DNA of 63,212 nt from a bacterium. Its GTDB lineage: Bacteria > Patescibacteriota > Minisyncoccia > Minisyncoccales > JAGGXC01. Each line of letters starts with the position of its first letter. The stretch's first letter is position 1. Positions 54,080 through 63,212 of the stretch are shown here, piece by piece. The DNA lies in assembly GCA_021163265.1 (NCBI GenBank), contig JAGGXC010000022.1, forward strand, positions 1 to 63,212, given 5' to 3'. Position numbers and translations under genes: made by a program. Under the pieces are notes generated by a model. That model was not told the DNA's origin, did no database searches, and saw nothing but the letters and a program-made list of their open reading frames with translations.

Positions 54080-55108
54080 TCAAAGACCTCTTTTCTTTTT
54101 TCTTATCTTTTCTATAATCCAGTTAAACCAATATCTTGGATTTAAAACTAAATCTTGGGTTTTTACATACTCTTTTTTATAACCACCAAAGCCTTTTTTA
54201 AAAAGAGTTAAACCCCACCAAGGATGTTTTTTAGAAGAACCATCAGGCGCAATTCCCCAGAAATTATATAATCCACATCCTCTTTTCTTTGCTTCTCTAA
54301 TCGCCTCCCATTGCAAAAGATAAGAAATAGGAACTTTTGGATATTTCAAGGAGGTAGCACCATGATGGTAAAACCCAATTCCCTGCCAATAAACTATAAT
54401 TGCCGAAGCAAGAATTTCATTCCTGTATTTTCCCAAAAATATAGAAATCTGATTGTCTTGAGAGAAAATCTCAAATTCTTTCTTCAAATAATCTAGAGAA
54501 AAAGGAATAAATTTCTGACGCTTTACTACTTCTTGATGAATATTATAAAAAATATCTATATCTTCCAGTTTGTGACTCTGATATATCTGGATTTCTTGAT
54601 TCTTCAATCCTTGCCTAATTAAATACCTGGTAGTTTTTCGCATTTGCGCTAAAAGTTCTTCCTCAGAAGGTGAAATATCTAATTCCCAAGTAACTTCCGG
54701 ATGCATATGAATAGGGGCCTCTCTAAATCCGACTTGCTCAAAGATTTTTATGTTCTTAGCATTTCTCTCGCAAATAGGGCTTACTCTTATAAAACTACAC
54801 TTCTGATCTTGAGCAATGATCTTTAGTTCTTTTACTAAAAAACCTAATACAGCTTCTAGATCTTCTTTTTTAAAAACAACTGGACCATGGGGTAAAAATA
54901 GAAAAGTACCACGTTTTGCTTTTATTTTTATTACCAATGATATAGCAATCAACTCCTCCTTATTTCTATATATTCCTACTCGCCATATCTCATTACCCAT
55001 TCTTTTCTGGAATTCTCCCCAATACCATGATTGCAAAAAAGTCTTCTCCTCTACCGACTCTAAAAACTTTTCCCAGATATATCTGTTTGTAATTTCTCTA
55101 AGAAACAT
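54080..55108 (-). CDS. FemAB-family peptidoglycan interpeptide-bridge aminoacyltransferase
   Basis: FLQSWYWGEFQ N-terminal signature; tandem GNAT-like halves. 11-nt overlap with the upstream degT-like gene. Confidence 0.8.
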   Translation of the reverse strand: MFLREITNRYIWEKFLESVEEKTFLQSWYWGEFQKRMGNEIWRVGIYRNKEELIAISLVIKIKAKRGTFLFLPHGPVVFKKEDLEAVLGFLVKELKIIAQDQKCSFIRVSPICERNAKNIKIFEQVGFREAPIHMHPEVTWELDISPSEEELLAQMRKTTRYLIRQGLKNQEIQIYQSHKLEDIDIFYNIHQEVVKRQKFIPFSLDYLKKEFEIFSQDNQISIFLGKYRNEILASAIIVYWQGIGFYHHGATSLKYPKVPISYLLQWEAIREAKKRGCGLYNFWGIAPDGSSKKHPWWGLTLFKKGFGGYKKEYVKTQDLVLNPRYWFNWIIEKIRKKKRGL

Positions 55109-56369
55109 ATTTTAGCAATGATTTAATAACAATTCTTGCTTCTTTCTCAGAAATATTTATATGTGTTGGCAAGTTTATAATCCTCTTTGCTATTTCTTCA
55201 GCTCTAGGACAGCTACCTATAATATATCTCATTTTTTTCTGATCGGTATCAGGTGGAACAATAGAAGTCTTGCGCCACCCATCGTTAAGAAGAACCTTGT
55301 TCTTTCTCAAATCTACAAGTATCCTCTCTGTGTCTTTCTTTCTATCCACCAAAATAGGAAACCTCATAAAGATTCTCTTTGTTTGATCTACCTTTCCTTG
55401 AAACTCAAATCTTCCTCTTAAACCCTCGCTGTATACTTTAGCAATTCGTTCCCTGTGGATATTAAATTTCTCTAATTTCCTTAATTGATTTAAAGCTAAG
55501 ATAGCTAAAGCGTTTGGAAGTCTCTTCGGAAATAAAGAAGGGAGTTTTCCTTCTTTTTCTTTTTTATCAACGGCTTTTGACAAGATCTTAAATATCTGAA
55601 AAAAGTTTAAAACAAATTTTCCAAAAGAAGGAAAATGGTAAGCAGGTAGAATAATGTAATGCATCAATATAGGATGGAGAAGTTGTTGAAAGACCCAAAA
55701 AGAAGAAGGAAAATCGCAGCTTCTCTGGAAATTTCTAATTTTCTTCCCTGTTTTACTATCATTTGTTATTGCCATTCCTCCAAAGACAGAAGAAATAACT
55801 TTATCTCTACCAAAACTAAAGAAAGCAGCTTTTCCAAAAGTTCCTACTTTTTTGCCTTTATACTCTGCTCCAAGAGAATGAGCACAATCCTCAATTAAAA
55901 TTAAATTATTATCTTTGCATATTTTCAAAACCTCATCCATTTTAGCAGGTTGACCAAAAGTATGCTGAACTATTACTACCTTGCTCTTCTCTGTAATTTT
56001 TTCTTTCAAATCTTTGGGATCTATATTAAAAGACTCATCACAATCCACAAAAACAGGTTTTAATTTCAAACGCATAATAGGATTAACAACAGCATTGCAT
56101 GTAAAAGCTTGGAATAAAACTTCTTCTCCTTCTTTAAGATCAAAAGATTTTAAAATAGCTAAAAACGCCGATCTACCACTGTTGAACGAAACAGCCTCAT
56201 TTACTTTGAAATAATTTTTAAACTCATTTTCTAAAATAGATATTTCCTCTCCTTGTTTCCATTTTCTTGGTCTAAAAATCATCTTTAAAGCTAACAAGAC
56301 ATCATCTTTTTCTGTATTAGGAGAAAGAGAGGTAGAAACCAAAGAATGGTTGAAAATTTCTAATTTCAT
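55098..56369 (-). CDS. DegT/DnrJ/EryC1/StrS-family PLP aminotransferase
   Basis: FQAFTCNAVVNPI, VQHTFGQPA, EDCAHSLGA, FSFGRDK (PLP Lys). ATG at 56369 chosen over the tracked upstream start. Confidence 0.85.
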   Translation of the reverse strand: MKLEIFNHSLVSTSLSPNTEKDDVLLALKMIFRPRKWKQGEEISILENEFKNYFKVNEAVSFNSGRSAFLAILKSFDLKEGEEVLFQAFTCNAVVNPIMRLKLKPVFVDCDESFNIDPKDLKEKITEKSKVVIVQHTFGQPAKMDEVLKICKDNNLILIEDCAHSLGAEYKGKKVGTFGKAAFFSFGRDKVISSVFGGMAITNDSKTGKKIRNFQRSCDFPSSFWVFQQLLHPILMHYIILPAYHFPSFGKFVLNFFQIFKILSKAVDKKEKEGKLPSLFPKRLPNALAILALNQLRKLEKFNIHRERIAKVYSEGLRGRFEFQGKVDQTKRIFMRFPILVDRKKDTERILVDLRKNKVLLNDGWRKTSIVPPDTDQKKMRYIIGSCPRAEEIAKRIINLPTHINISEKEARIVIKSLLKYVS

Positions 56370-56396
56370 GGTATAATTAATACTGGAGGTGAACCT

Positions 56397-56684
56397 TTGA
56401 AAATAATAATTAAGTACCTTAAAAAAATAGCAAAAAAAGCAGGAGATGGAATACAAACAGTAGCAGCAATTATCTTTATTGTTTTCTTAACATTGTTTGA
56501 TCCAAACCTAATTCCTCTGACAGCAAAAGAAATTCTGGGAGCAATAACTACAGGAATAGTGACTACAGCATCCCTAGCAAGCATAGGATTACCCTTTGAT
56601 ATATCTATACCCACGGGATTTCTGATGGCAGCGATGTCTTTCTTGATTTCGTATTTCCTTCTCAGAAACAACGATGTTTTTTAG
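56397..56684 (+). CDS. Small membrane protein
   Basis: TATAAT (about 56371) and GGAGGT before the TTG start, hydrophobic helices, own terminator. Confidence 0.55.
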   Translation: MKIIIKYLKKIAKKAGDGIQTVAAIIFIVFLTLFDPNLIPLTAKEILGAITTGIVTTASLASIGLPFDISIPTGFLMAAMSFLISYFLLRNNDVF

Positions 56685-56714
56685 ATGAGGCTTTCAATAG
56701 GCCTCATTTTTTTA
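56685..56714 (+). terminator. Rho-independent terminator
   Basis: atgaggc/gcctcat stem (56685-56691 / 56701-56707) plus T7. Confidence 0.7.
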
Positions 56715-58299
56715 TTCCTATCCGTTCTTGAAAAGATAAAGGAACTCTACTTTCAAGAATAATTACATCTTCTTTTCCTTGGAAATCTTTTATTTTTTCA
56801 AAGATAGCTTCTGGTTTTTCTTCAAGAACTACCTGATCATCTTTTAATCCGCTTTCCAAAGCCCCTTCTTTTAGATAATAAAAGTAATCTTTTGTTGTAA
56901 CGATTGCTAAATCACATACCCTTCCAATTTCTTTTCCTATTCTTCTATGAATTTCAGCGGCCTGGTCTCCTAACTCTATCAAGCAAGGCATAATGATTGC
57001 TTTTTTTCCTTGCCAAACCTTCAAATAATTAAGATGCGCAATTACTCCATCAGGATTTGCTGAATAGGTAGCATCTATCACATTAAAATTTTTGTCTGTT
57101 TTTACTAAACGCATCATTCCTTCCATCGGTTTGATCTTCTGACAAGCTTTAGCAATTTCTCTAAGACTCATTCCTAACTCCTTAGCAGCTAATGTGGCCA
57201 TCAATACATTATCAATCCAATGTTCTCCCAGCAAAGGCACTTGAAACTGGATTTTTTCATTATCTAAAGAAACTTCAAACAAAAGCCGATCTTTTTCTGT
57301 CACTACATTCTCTGCTTTAATATCTTTACCCGTTATTTTCTTTCTAATTTTAATCTGATCAAAAAGCTCCCGACAATATTTATTGCTCCCATTCAAAATT
57401 GCCAATCCATCAGTAGGCAGACTTTCAATCAATTCAAACTTTGTTTTTTTGATATTTTCCAACGAACCAAAGGTGGCTAAGTGCTGCTGATTAATTCCAG
57501 TAAGAATGCCTATTTGAGGCTGAACAATATCTGTCAGAAGTTTTATCCCTCCTTTTTCATATGCTCCCATTTCACATACAAAAACTTGATGCTCTTTTCT
57601 TAAGTTATTTAATACACAAAAAGATATCCCTACCTCTGAATTCTGGTGTTTTTCTGTCTTTAAGACATTAAATTTTTCTGAAAGAATTTTTGCTAAAAAT
57701 TCTTTAGTTGAGGTCTTACCATAACTACCTGTAATGCCTATCACTACCACATCTTTAAATTGCTTTCTCTTCTCTGTTGCTCTTGCAATTATCTTTTTTC
57801 TCCACGAAATAGCAAAAGGTTCAAATCCTATCACAATACCCGAAATAAACAATGGAGCTATCATATCCAGAAAAACTAAATAAAGATAAAAAAACTTTTG
57901 AGCCGTCCACGCGCCCAAGATTGAATAAATAAAAGATATCTCAAAAAGAAAACCGACGGAAAGCAAAACAAAAGTTTTCTTAGTTATCTTCGGTATTCTG
58001 AATTTTTTCTGGAATATTCTTACCAAAATAAATAAAACTTCTACAGAAAACAGAGCTACAACAAAGTAAGGAAAAATCTTGGGATAGAAAACTAAACCTG
58101 CCAAGACAAAAAGTTTTATCAAAGCAAGATTTTGTCTTATTAACTTTCTTCCATTTTCTGTTTGAAAATGAGCTTTGAATCTACCTATATGATATTCCTT
58201 CAGCTGCCAAAGCCAAATCCACAAAAACAATTCTTTTGCAAAAATGATTGACCAAAGGAAAACAGCTATCAATTGAAGATTTCTATATATCAGAGACAT
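56704..58299 (-). CDS. murF: MurF-like UDP-MurNAc-tripeptide--D-Ala-D-Ala ligase with N-terminal polytopic membrane domain
   Basis: GITGSYGKTSTKE, EMGAYEKGGI, TGINQQHL, DATYSANP MurF motifs. The first ~165 aa form 4-5 hydrophobic helices. Confidence 0.8.
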   Translation of the reverse strand: MSLIYRNLQLIAVFLWSIIFAKELFLWIWLWQLKEYHIGRFKAHFQTENGRKLIRQNLALIKLFVLAGLVFYPKIFPYFVVALFSVEVLFILVRIFQKKFRIPKITKKTFVLLSVGFLFEISFIYSILGAWTAQKFFYLYLVFLDMIAPLFISGIVIGFEPFAISWRKKIIARATEKRKQFKDVVVIGITGSYGKTSTKEFLAKILSEKFNVLKTEKHQNSEVGISFCVLNNLRKEHQVFVCEMGAYEKGGIKLLTDIVQPQIGILTGINQQHLATFGSLENIKKTKFELIESLPTDGLAILNGSNKYCRELFDQIKIRKKITGKDIKAENVVTEKDRLLFEVSLDNEKIQFQVPLLGEHWIDNVLMATLAAKELGMSLREIAKACQKIKPMEGMMRLVKTDKNFNVIDATYSANPDGVIAHLNYLKVWQGKKAIIMPCLIELGDQAAEIHRRIGKEIGRVCDLAIVTTKDYFYYLKEGALESGLKDDQVVLEEKPEAIFEKIKDFQGKEDVIILESRVPLSFQERIGIKK

Positions 58300-58994
58300 A
58301 ATTTTTTAATAAACCTTATAATCCTTTCTGCTAAAATCTCAGGGCATTCAAGATAAGGAGCATGTCCAACTGACTCAAGAACCTCTAACTCTGCATCGGG
58401 AATCTTTTCTTTCATTAAATAAGCATCGCAAAGCGGCGTAATTTTGTCTTTATCTCCCCATAATATTAAAGTCTTTATCCGAATCCGAGAAAGAAAATCT
58501 GTTAGATCTTCTTCTATAATATTCTTAAATGTCTCTCTAAGGTGGCCTTTAGCCGAAATATAATCAGTTTTTTTTAAAATTTTCTTGTAGAAAATATGGC
58601 GGAAAAAATTATACCCTGGAAGGAAAGAAAATCTTTTTAAATATAAAAGTAAAGAAAAAATAAAAGATTTTTTATGCCTAATTCCTGCCGAAGCAACTAA
58701 TATTAACCCCCTAATCTTTTGAGGAAATTGAGAAGCAAACTTAATAGAAATTCTTCCCCCAAAAGAATGACCTAAAAGAAAAAATTCTTTTTTTTCTTCT
58801 GTAAAATTCTCCAACCACTCAACATAATCATCAAGATTCCACGGTCTGGTAAGCCTGTTTTCTTGTTTAAAACCGGGCAAGTCAGGAATAATCACTTCTA
58901 TACCCTCTTTCTCAAGAAGCTCTTTAACTTTATTCCATTTTTCCTTTGAGCTCTGCCAACCATGAAGGATAATAATTGATTGACAATTTTCCAT
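58290..58994 (-). CDS. Alpha/beta hydrolase
   Basis: IILHGW, nucleophile elbow GHSFGG, C-terminal GHAP. ATG at 58994 preferred over the tracked TTG at 59033. 10-nt overlap with murF. Confidence 0.8.
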   Translation of the reverse strand: MENCQSIIILHGWQSSKEKWNKVKELLEKEGIEVIIPDLPGFKQENRLTRPWNLDDYVEWLENFTEEKKEFFLLGHSFGGRISIKFASQFPQKIRGLILVASAGIRHKKSFIFSLLLYLKRFSFLPGYNFFRHIFYKKILKKTDYISAKGHLRETFKNIIEEDLTDFLSRIRIKTLILWGDKDKITPLCDAYLMKEKIPDAELEVLESVGHAPYLECPEILAERIIRFIKKLCL

Positions 58995-59026
58995 AAAATT
59001 TCTATTTTGATAACGGAGGTGTAGTT

Positions 59027-59368
59027 TTGACAAAAAATAATAAGAAAAACATAATAGAACAGGTCTTAATTGGATTGATTAGAAACACAAAACCCGAGTG
59101 GAACAATAATTTTATTGAAGAATGCGCTGTTGCTTTTGCGAAACCTTCCTTGAAAATCCTAGTTATTTTTACTATCTTTACTGTCGTTTCAATCATATAC
59201 GGCATTGCTATATGGCAGATATTTCTCAAGGGAGTGCCTTTAAGTATTTCTATACTTCTAAATATTCCCTGGATTGTTGGTATTCTAATAGGAATCGCGA
59301 TATTCAAGATATATCTCCCCCGATATAAAACTCTCTTTAAAAAGTTCTTTGGAAATAATAAAACATAG
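59027..59368 (+). CDS. Small 2-TM membrane protein
   Basis: GGAGGTG Shine-Dalgarno before the TTG start, two hydrophobic helices, followed by a terminator. Preferred over the antisense ORF 59002..59373. Confidence 0.5.
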   Translation: MTKNNKKNIIEQVLIGLIRNTKPEWNNNFIEECAVAFAKPSLKILVIFTIFTVVSIIYGIAIWQIFLKGVPLSISILLNIPWIVGILIGIAIFKIYLPRYKTLFKKFFGNNKT

Positions 59369-59398
59369 AGCATTGAGAAAATATCTCAATGCTTTTTT
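59369..59398. terminator. Bidirectional rho-independent terminator
   Basis: 9-bp stem agcattgag/ctcaatgct (59369-59377 / 59385-59393) plus T-run, between convergent genes. Confidence 0.7.
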
Positions 59399-60659
59399 AT
59401 TTAATCCTCTCAAACCCCAAATATTTTTTAAGAATCTCTGGAACTTTTACTGTACCGTCTTCCTGTTGATAATTTTCAATAATAGCAATAATTATCCTAC
59501 CAATAGCAAAAGCAGTACCATTTAAGGTATGAACAAACTTTAATTTATTTTCTTTTTTATCCTTGTACCTGATATTGAGACGGCGTGCCTGAAAATCGGT
59601 ACAGTTAGAAGTAGAGTGAGTTTCTCTCCATTTACCTTGCGATGGCATCCAGGCTTCAATATCATATTTTGCTGCTGCCGGATCTCCTAAATCTCCGGTA
59701 CAAATTTGTACTACTCTATAAGGAATCTTTAAAAGTTTCATTAATCTTTCCTCAAGAGACAAAAAGAATTCATGTTCTTTAATAGATTGATCAGGATGAG
59801 AAAAGCTAAACATCTCCACTCCATCAAATTGATGAACTCTAAATATCCCCCATGTTTCTTTTCCGTAAGAACCAGCTTCTCTTCTAAACCAAGAAGAAAA
59901 CCCCACATATCTTCTTGGCAATTCCTCCTCTTTAAAAACCTCATTGGCATGCATTGCACCAATTACCTGCTCGGTAGTACCTGCTAAATAAAGGTTATCT
60001 TTCTCAATATAATAAATCTCATCTCTACCTCTTTCTACATATCCCATCCCTTGCATCATTTCAGGTTTCATCATTACAGGAGTTATAATAGGCACAAATC
60101 CTTCTTTTGTAAGTTCATCAAAAGCTAATTTTATTAAAGCGATTTCTAAAAGGGCAGCCTCTCTTTTTAAAAATCCAAACCGTGTTCCAGCTACTTTTGC
60201 TGCTCGTTTGATATCAATTAAATCAAGTTTTTGAGCAATATCTAAATAATCCTTAGGAGGAAACTTAAATTCAGGCTTTTTACCCACTTCTCTTAAGACT
60301 ATATTCTCTGATTCATCTTTACCTACTGGAACACTCTCCAAAGGAATATTGGGAACCTGAAGCAATAAGTTTCTAAAATCTTTATCTATCTTATCAAATT
60401 CTTTCCTCAGATTTTCTTCTTCTGTGTCAATTTTTCTCATTTCCGCAATGATTTTCTCTTTCTCTTTTTGAGACTTTGCTTGAACTATCTTTTTGCTGTG
60501 TTTGTTCTTACTTGCTCTAATTTTTTCTAAATTCGTCAAAAGTTTTCTCCGTTTTTTATCCAATTCTAAAAGATAATCTATATTGATCTCCACATTTTTG
60601 TGTCTACAACCTTCAATAACCAAATCCTTATTTTCACGAATAAACTTAATATCTAACAT
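59397..60659 (-). CDS. serS: Seryl-tRNA synthetase
   Basis: N-terminal coiled coil; class II motifs 2 and 3 (FRREAGSYG..., NGTAFAIGR). Confidence 0.95.
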   Translation of the reverse strand: MLDIKFIRENKDLVIEGCRHKNVEINIDYLLELDKKRRKLLTNLEKIRASKNKHSKKIVQAKSQKEKEKIIAEMRKIDTEEENLRKEFDKIDKDFRNLLLQVPNIPLESVPVGKDESENIVLREVGKKPEFKFPPKDYLDIAQKLDLIDIKRAAKVAGTRFGFLKREAALLEIALIKLAFDELTKEGFVPIITPVMMKPEMMQGMGYVERGRDEIYYIEKDNLYLAGTTEQVIGAMHANEVFKEEELPRRYVGFSSWFRREAGSYGKETWGIFRVHQFDGVEMFSFSHPDQSIKEHEFFLSLEERLMKLLKIPYRVVQICTGDLGDPAAAKYDIEAWMPSQGKWRETHSTSNCTDFQARRLNIRYKDKKENKLKFVHTLNGTAFAIGRIIIAIIENYQQEDGTVKVPEILKKYLGFERIK

Positions 60660-60662
60660 AGT

Positions 60663-62123
60663 TTATTTAGGTCTCATTGTAGGAAATAAAATTACTTCTC
60701 TTAAGCTGTAGGAATTAGTAAGCAATGCTACAAATCTATCAATCCCCATTCCAAAGCCAGCACAAGGAGGCATTCCATATTCCAGGGCTTCAATAAAATC
60801 TTTATCCATTCTCTGGGCTTCATCAAATCCTTCCTTATACATCTTTTCTTGTTCCTCAAACCTTCTTCTTTGTTCTACAGGATCATTTAGCTCAGAAAAA
60901 GCATTCACCAGTTCACATCCTCCTACCACAAGTTGAAAGTTAGCTAATTTATTCGGATGATCCTCCAAAGATTTTGCCAAAGGAAAAGATTCTTTAGGAT
61001 GATGAATTATAAAAGTAGGATTAATAATTTTATCCCTGCATTTCTTTTTATAAATTTTATCAGCTATCTCAGCTTTACCTTCTCCTTTTTCAATCTTTAT
61101 CCCCATCTCTTCTGCTTTTTTCTTTAAGGCTTTAGGATGAATTTCATCAATATTTATTTTTGCCTCTTTTTTCATTAATTGAGAAAACTCTATCCTAGGC
61201 CAAGGAGAAGAGAAATCAATTAATTTCTCTTGGTACTCAATTTTTAAGGAGCCTTTGATCTTCTTGACTATTTCTTGCATCATCTTCTCTGTGAATTTCA
61301 TTAACTCTTTATAATCCGCATATGCCCAGTAAAATTCAAGCATAGTAAAATCAGGGTTATGAAACCTATCCACGCCTTCATTCCTAAAGCACTTCCCTAT
61401 CTCATATATTTTTCCAAATCCTCCTACTATAAGCCTTTTTAGATACAGTTCTAAAGAAATACGTAAATACAGGTCTATGTCGAGTGCATTGAGATGTGTT
61501 TTAAAAGGCCTAGCTTTAGCTCCACCATATATTGGTTGCAAAATTGGAGTCTCAACTTCCAAAAAACCGTTAGCTTCTAGAAACTTTCTTATTTCTCTAA
61601 TAATCCGAGAGCGTTCTTCAAACTTTTTCTTTACTTCGGGATTAAATATTAAATCAAGATATCTTTTTCTATATCTCTCCTCTACATCTTTTAAACCATG
61701 CCATTTTTCAGGCAAAGGCAAAAGGCTCTTTGCAAGCATTCTAAAATCATAAACCTCTATTGTTTTTTCTCCTCTTTTTGTCTTAAACAAAAAACCCCTC
61801 ACTTCAATAAAATCTCCTATATCGAAATTATCAAGAAAGAATTTATATCCTTCTGGCCCTAATCTATCTCTTTTAAAATAAGCTTGCATCTTTCCTGATT
61901 CATCTCCAAAATGTATAAAAGTAGATCCGCCATGTTCTCGAATAGAAAATATTCTCCCATCTAAAATAATTTCTTCCGATGCTTTTGCAAGAACTCCAAA
62001 CTTATCTATCACTTCTTTGATAAGATGAGTTCTTTTTACTTTTTGAGGATAAGGGTTAATTCTAAGATCTCTTAATCTCTTAAGTTTTTTTAGTCTGTTT
62101 TTTCTAATATCAGAAAGGGCCAT
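60663..62123 (-). CDS. lysS: Lysyl-tRNA synthetase, class II
   Basis: OB-fold N-domain; CFRNEGVD...NPDFTMLEFY and GMGIDRFV motifs. Confidence 0.95.
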   Translation of the reverse strand: MALSDIRKNRLKKLKRLRDLRINPYPQKVKRTHLIKEVIDKFGVLAKASEEIILDGRIFSIREHGGSTFIHFGDESGKMQAYFKRDRLGPEGYKFFLDNFDIGDFIEVRGFLFKTKRGEKTIEVYDFRMLAKSLLPLPEKWHGLKDVEERYRKRYLDLIFNPEVKKKFEERSRIIREIRKFLEANGFLEVETPILQPIYGGAKARPFKTHLNALDIDLYLRISLELYLKRLIVGGFGKIYEIGKCFRNEGVDRFHNPDFTMLEFYWAYADYKELMKFTEKMMQEIVKKIKGSLKIEYQEKLIDFSSPWPRIEFSQLMKKEAKINIDEIHPKALKKKAEEMGIKIEKGEGKAEIADKIYKKKCRDKIINPTFIIHHPKESFPLAKSLEDHPNKLANFQLVVGGCELVNAFSELNDPVEQRRRFEEQEKMYKEGFDEAQRMDKDFIEALEYGMPPCAGFGMGIDRFVALLTNSYSLREVILFPTMRPK

Positions 62124-62231
62124 ATTATATTGTTTTGGTTTTATTCTAATATTCTACTTTATTAGAAAGAATAATTCAACACAGTCACAAAGACTGTGTT
62201 GAAAAAAAGAGAAACAAAAATAAATTTTTCC

Positions 62232-62915
62232 TTAATCTTCTTTGATCTTCCTCTTTAAATCCTGAAGAATCTCGGCAGCAACATCTTTTCCTCCCAAACC
62301 AAAAGCCAGACCGCCAGCAATAACAAGAAAAGCAACAAAACCAGAAAACAATGTCATTATCATTTCTCTCGCAATACCTAGTTGAATCAGAATAGCCATT
62401 ATAGCAAAAACCCAAATCGCCCATCTCGTAACCTTTTCTATAAATTTGCTATATTTCAATTGCATTCCTTCAGCTGCAGCGCGAATAATCTTCGGCACAT
62501 ATTCAGCAACTATCACTGCTACTACAAAAATAGCTGCTGCTACGATCAAATTAGGAAGCCACAACACAATACTACTCATAAATGTAGCAAACTCTTCCAA
62601 TCCTAGTATCTCCACTGCTGCCTTCAAAAATACAATGAATATTACCCACTTTACTAATGCTCCAATAAAGCCAGACGGATCTACTTTCCACTTAGCTTTC
62701 TCCAAAGCTTCTTTCCAAGCACCTCTCTCAAACAACATATTAAATCTTATTCTTTTCAGTACCTCTGCTATTATCTTTCCAATAGCAACTGCAACAAACC
62801 AACCTACAATAATAACAATTAATGCTCCAATAAGCTCAGGTGTAAACTTAAGAAAACTTGCCCATAACTCACCTAAGCTTTTCCATGTAATTTTAGCCCA
62901 ATTTTCGATAGTCAT
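62232..62915 (-). CDS. Membrane protein with repeated conserved-TM-helix modules (MscS-associated type)
   Basis: Several repeats of a TM helix followed by an amphipathic segment; the family call is by pattern. Confidence 0.55.
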   Translation of the reverse strand: MTIENWAKITWKSLGELWASFLKFTPELIGALIVIIVGWFVAVAIGKIIAEVLKRIRFNMLFERGAWKEALEKAKWKVDPSGFIGALVKWVIFIVFLKAAVEILGLEEFATFMSSIVLWLPNLIVAAAIFVVAVIVAEYVPKIIRAAAEGMQLKYSKFIEKVTRWAIWVFAIMAILIQLGIAREMIMTLFSGFVAFLVIAGGLAFGLGGKDVAAEILQDLKRKIKED

Positions 62916-63079
62916 TTTAAGTATTTAAATAAATATTTTCTAAATTAATACATTTTTCGACCTTTTTATGTATTTATATATAAATATTATAAATATTATA
63001 AAACTTTATTTGCAATCAAGAAAGATTAATATATTTTAACACTAATTGCGTCAAATTTCAAAAAACTAAAAGAGGAGAT

Positions 63080-63088
63080 TGTGGATAA
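63080..63088 (-). promoter_or_regulatory. Perfect DnaA-box consensus (TTATCCACA) in an AT-rich intergenic region
   Basis: tgtggataa on the plus strand. Only a single copy was seen before the window ends. Confidence 0.3.
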
Positions 63089-63212
63089 TTCTTTTTTAAT
63101 TTATCGTAGGAAAAGAAAACCTCCATATTTTGTTCCCCTGCTAAAATAGAAATACAGGAACACTTTCTCTCTTTTCTACAGAGCAAATAAAAAAATATTC
63201 TTTCTTTATGTA

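Noticed and set aside
62177-62201. 10-bp perfect hairpin CAACACAGTC-ACAAA-GACTGTGTTG between the membrane-protein gene and lysS
   Set aside because: The U-run precedes rather than follows the stem on the transcribed (minus) strand, so it is not a canonical terminator. There is no second copy and no obvious function.

Overview
AT-rich, gene-dense 63 kb fragment. By inference from gene content and short proteins, it comes from a reduced-genome bacterium of the CPR/Patescibacteria type. About 75 of the tracked ORFs look real, most on the minus strand, and most are housekeeping. Cell envelope genes: murD-ftsW-murG, uppS, mltG, cdsA, ftsQ, a femAB-family gene, a degT-type aminotransferase, a membrane-anchored murF, and two tandem GT39 glycosyltransferases. 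Translation genes: gltX, lysS, serS, gatB, lepA, truB, trmD, rpmA, rplI, rplJ-rplL, an rpmG missing from the ORF track, and five tRNAs (Lys, Val, Trp, Thr, Tyr), none with an encoded CCA. Also present are a heat-shock operon hrcA-grpE-hsp20-dnaK-dnaJ with a CIRCE operator, a MacAB/HlyD-like efflux operon, pyrG, tmk-like, deoC, speH and corA. No CRISPR array, rRNA, reverse transcriptase or obvious phage block was seen. The strongest candidate for something new is at about 7.4-10.1 kb. There a 16-19 bp motif occurs three times: two copies form perfect 19-bp inverted repeats. They enclose an intact Xer-like tyrosine recombinase, a translationally coupled degenerate paralog, and a promoter-bearing small membrane-protein gene. 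The layout suggests an invertible or cassette-type recombination module. Other items worth checking: (1) a three-way-junction leader ending in a U-tract directly upstream of the SAM decarboxylase gene speH; (2) a membrane-anchored glycosidase-like gene split by one in-frame TGA inside a domain; (3) a self-contained divergent CCA/poly(A)-polymerase-like nucleotidyltransferase with a Cys-rich tail; (4) MurF with a polytopic membrane domain replacing its N-terminal domain; (5) a LAGLIDADG-like ORF inserted in the tRNA/rpmG cluster. All functional calls rest on motifs recognised by eye; no database search was possible.
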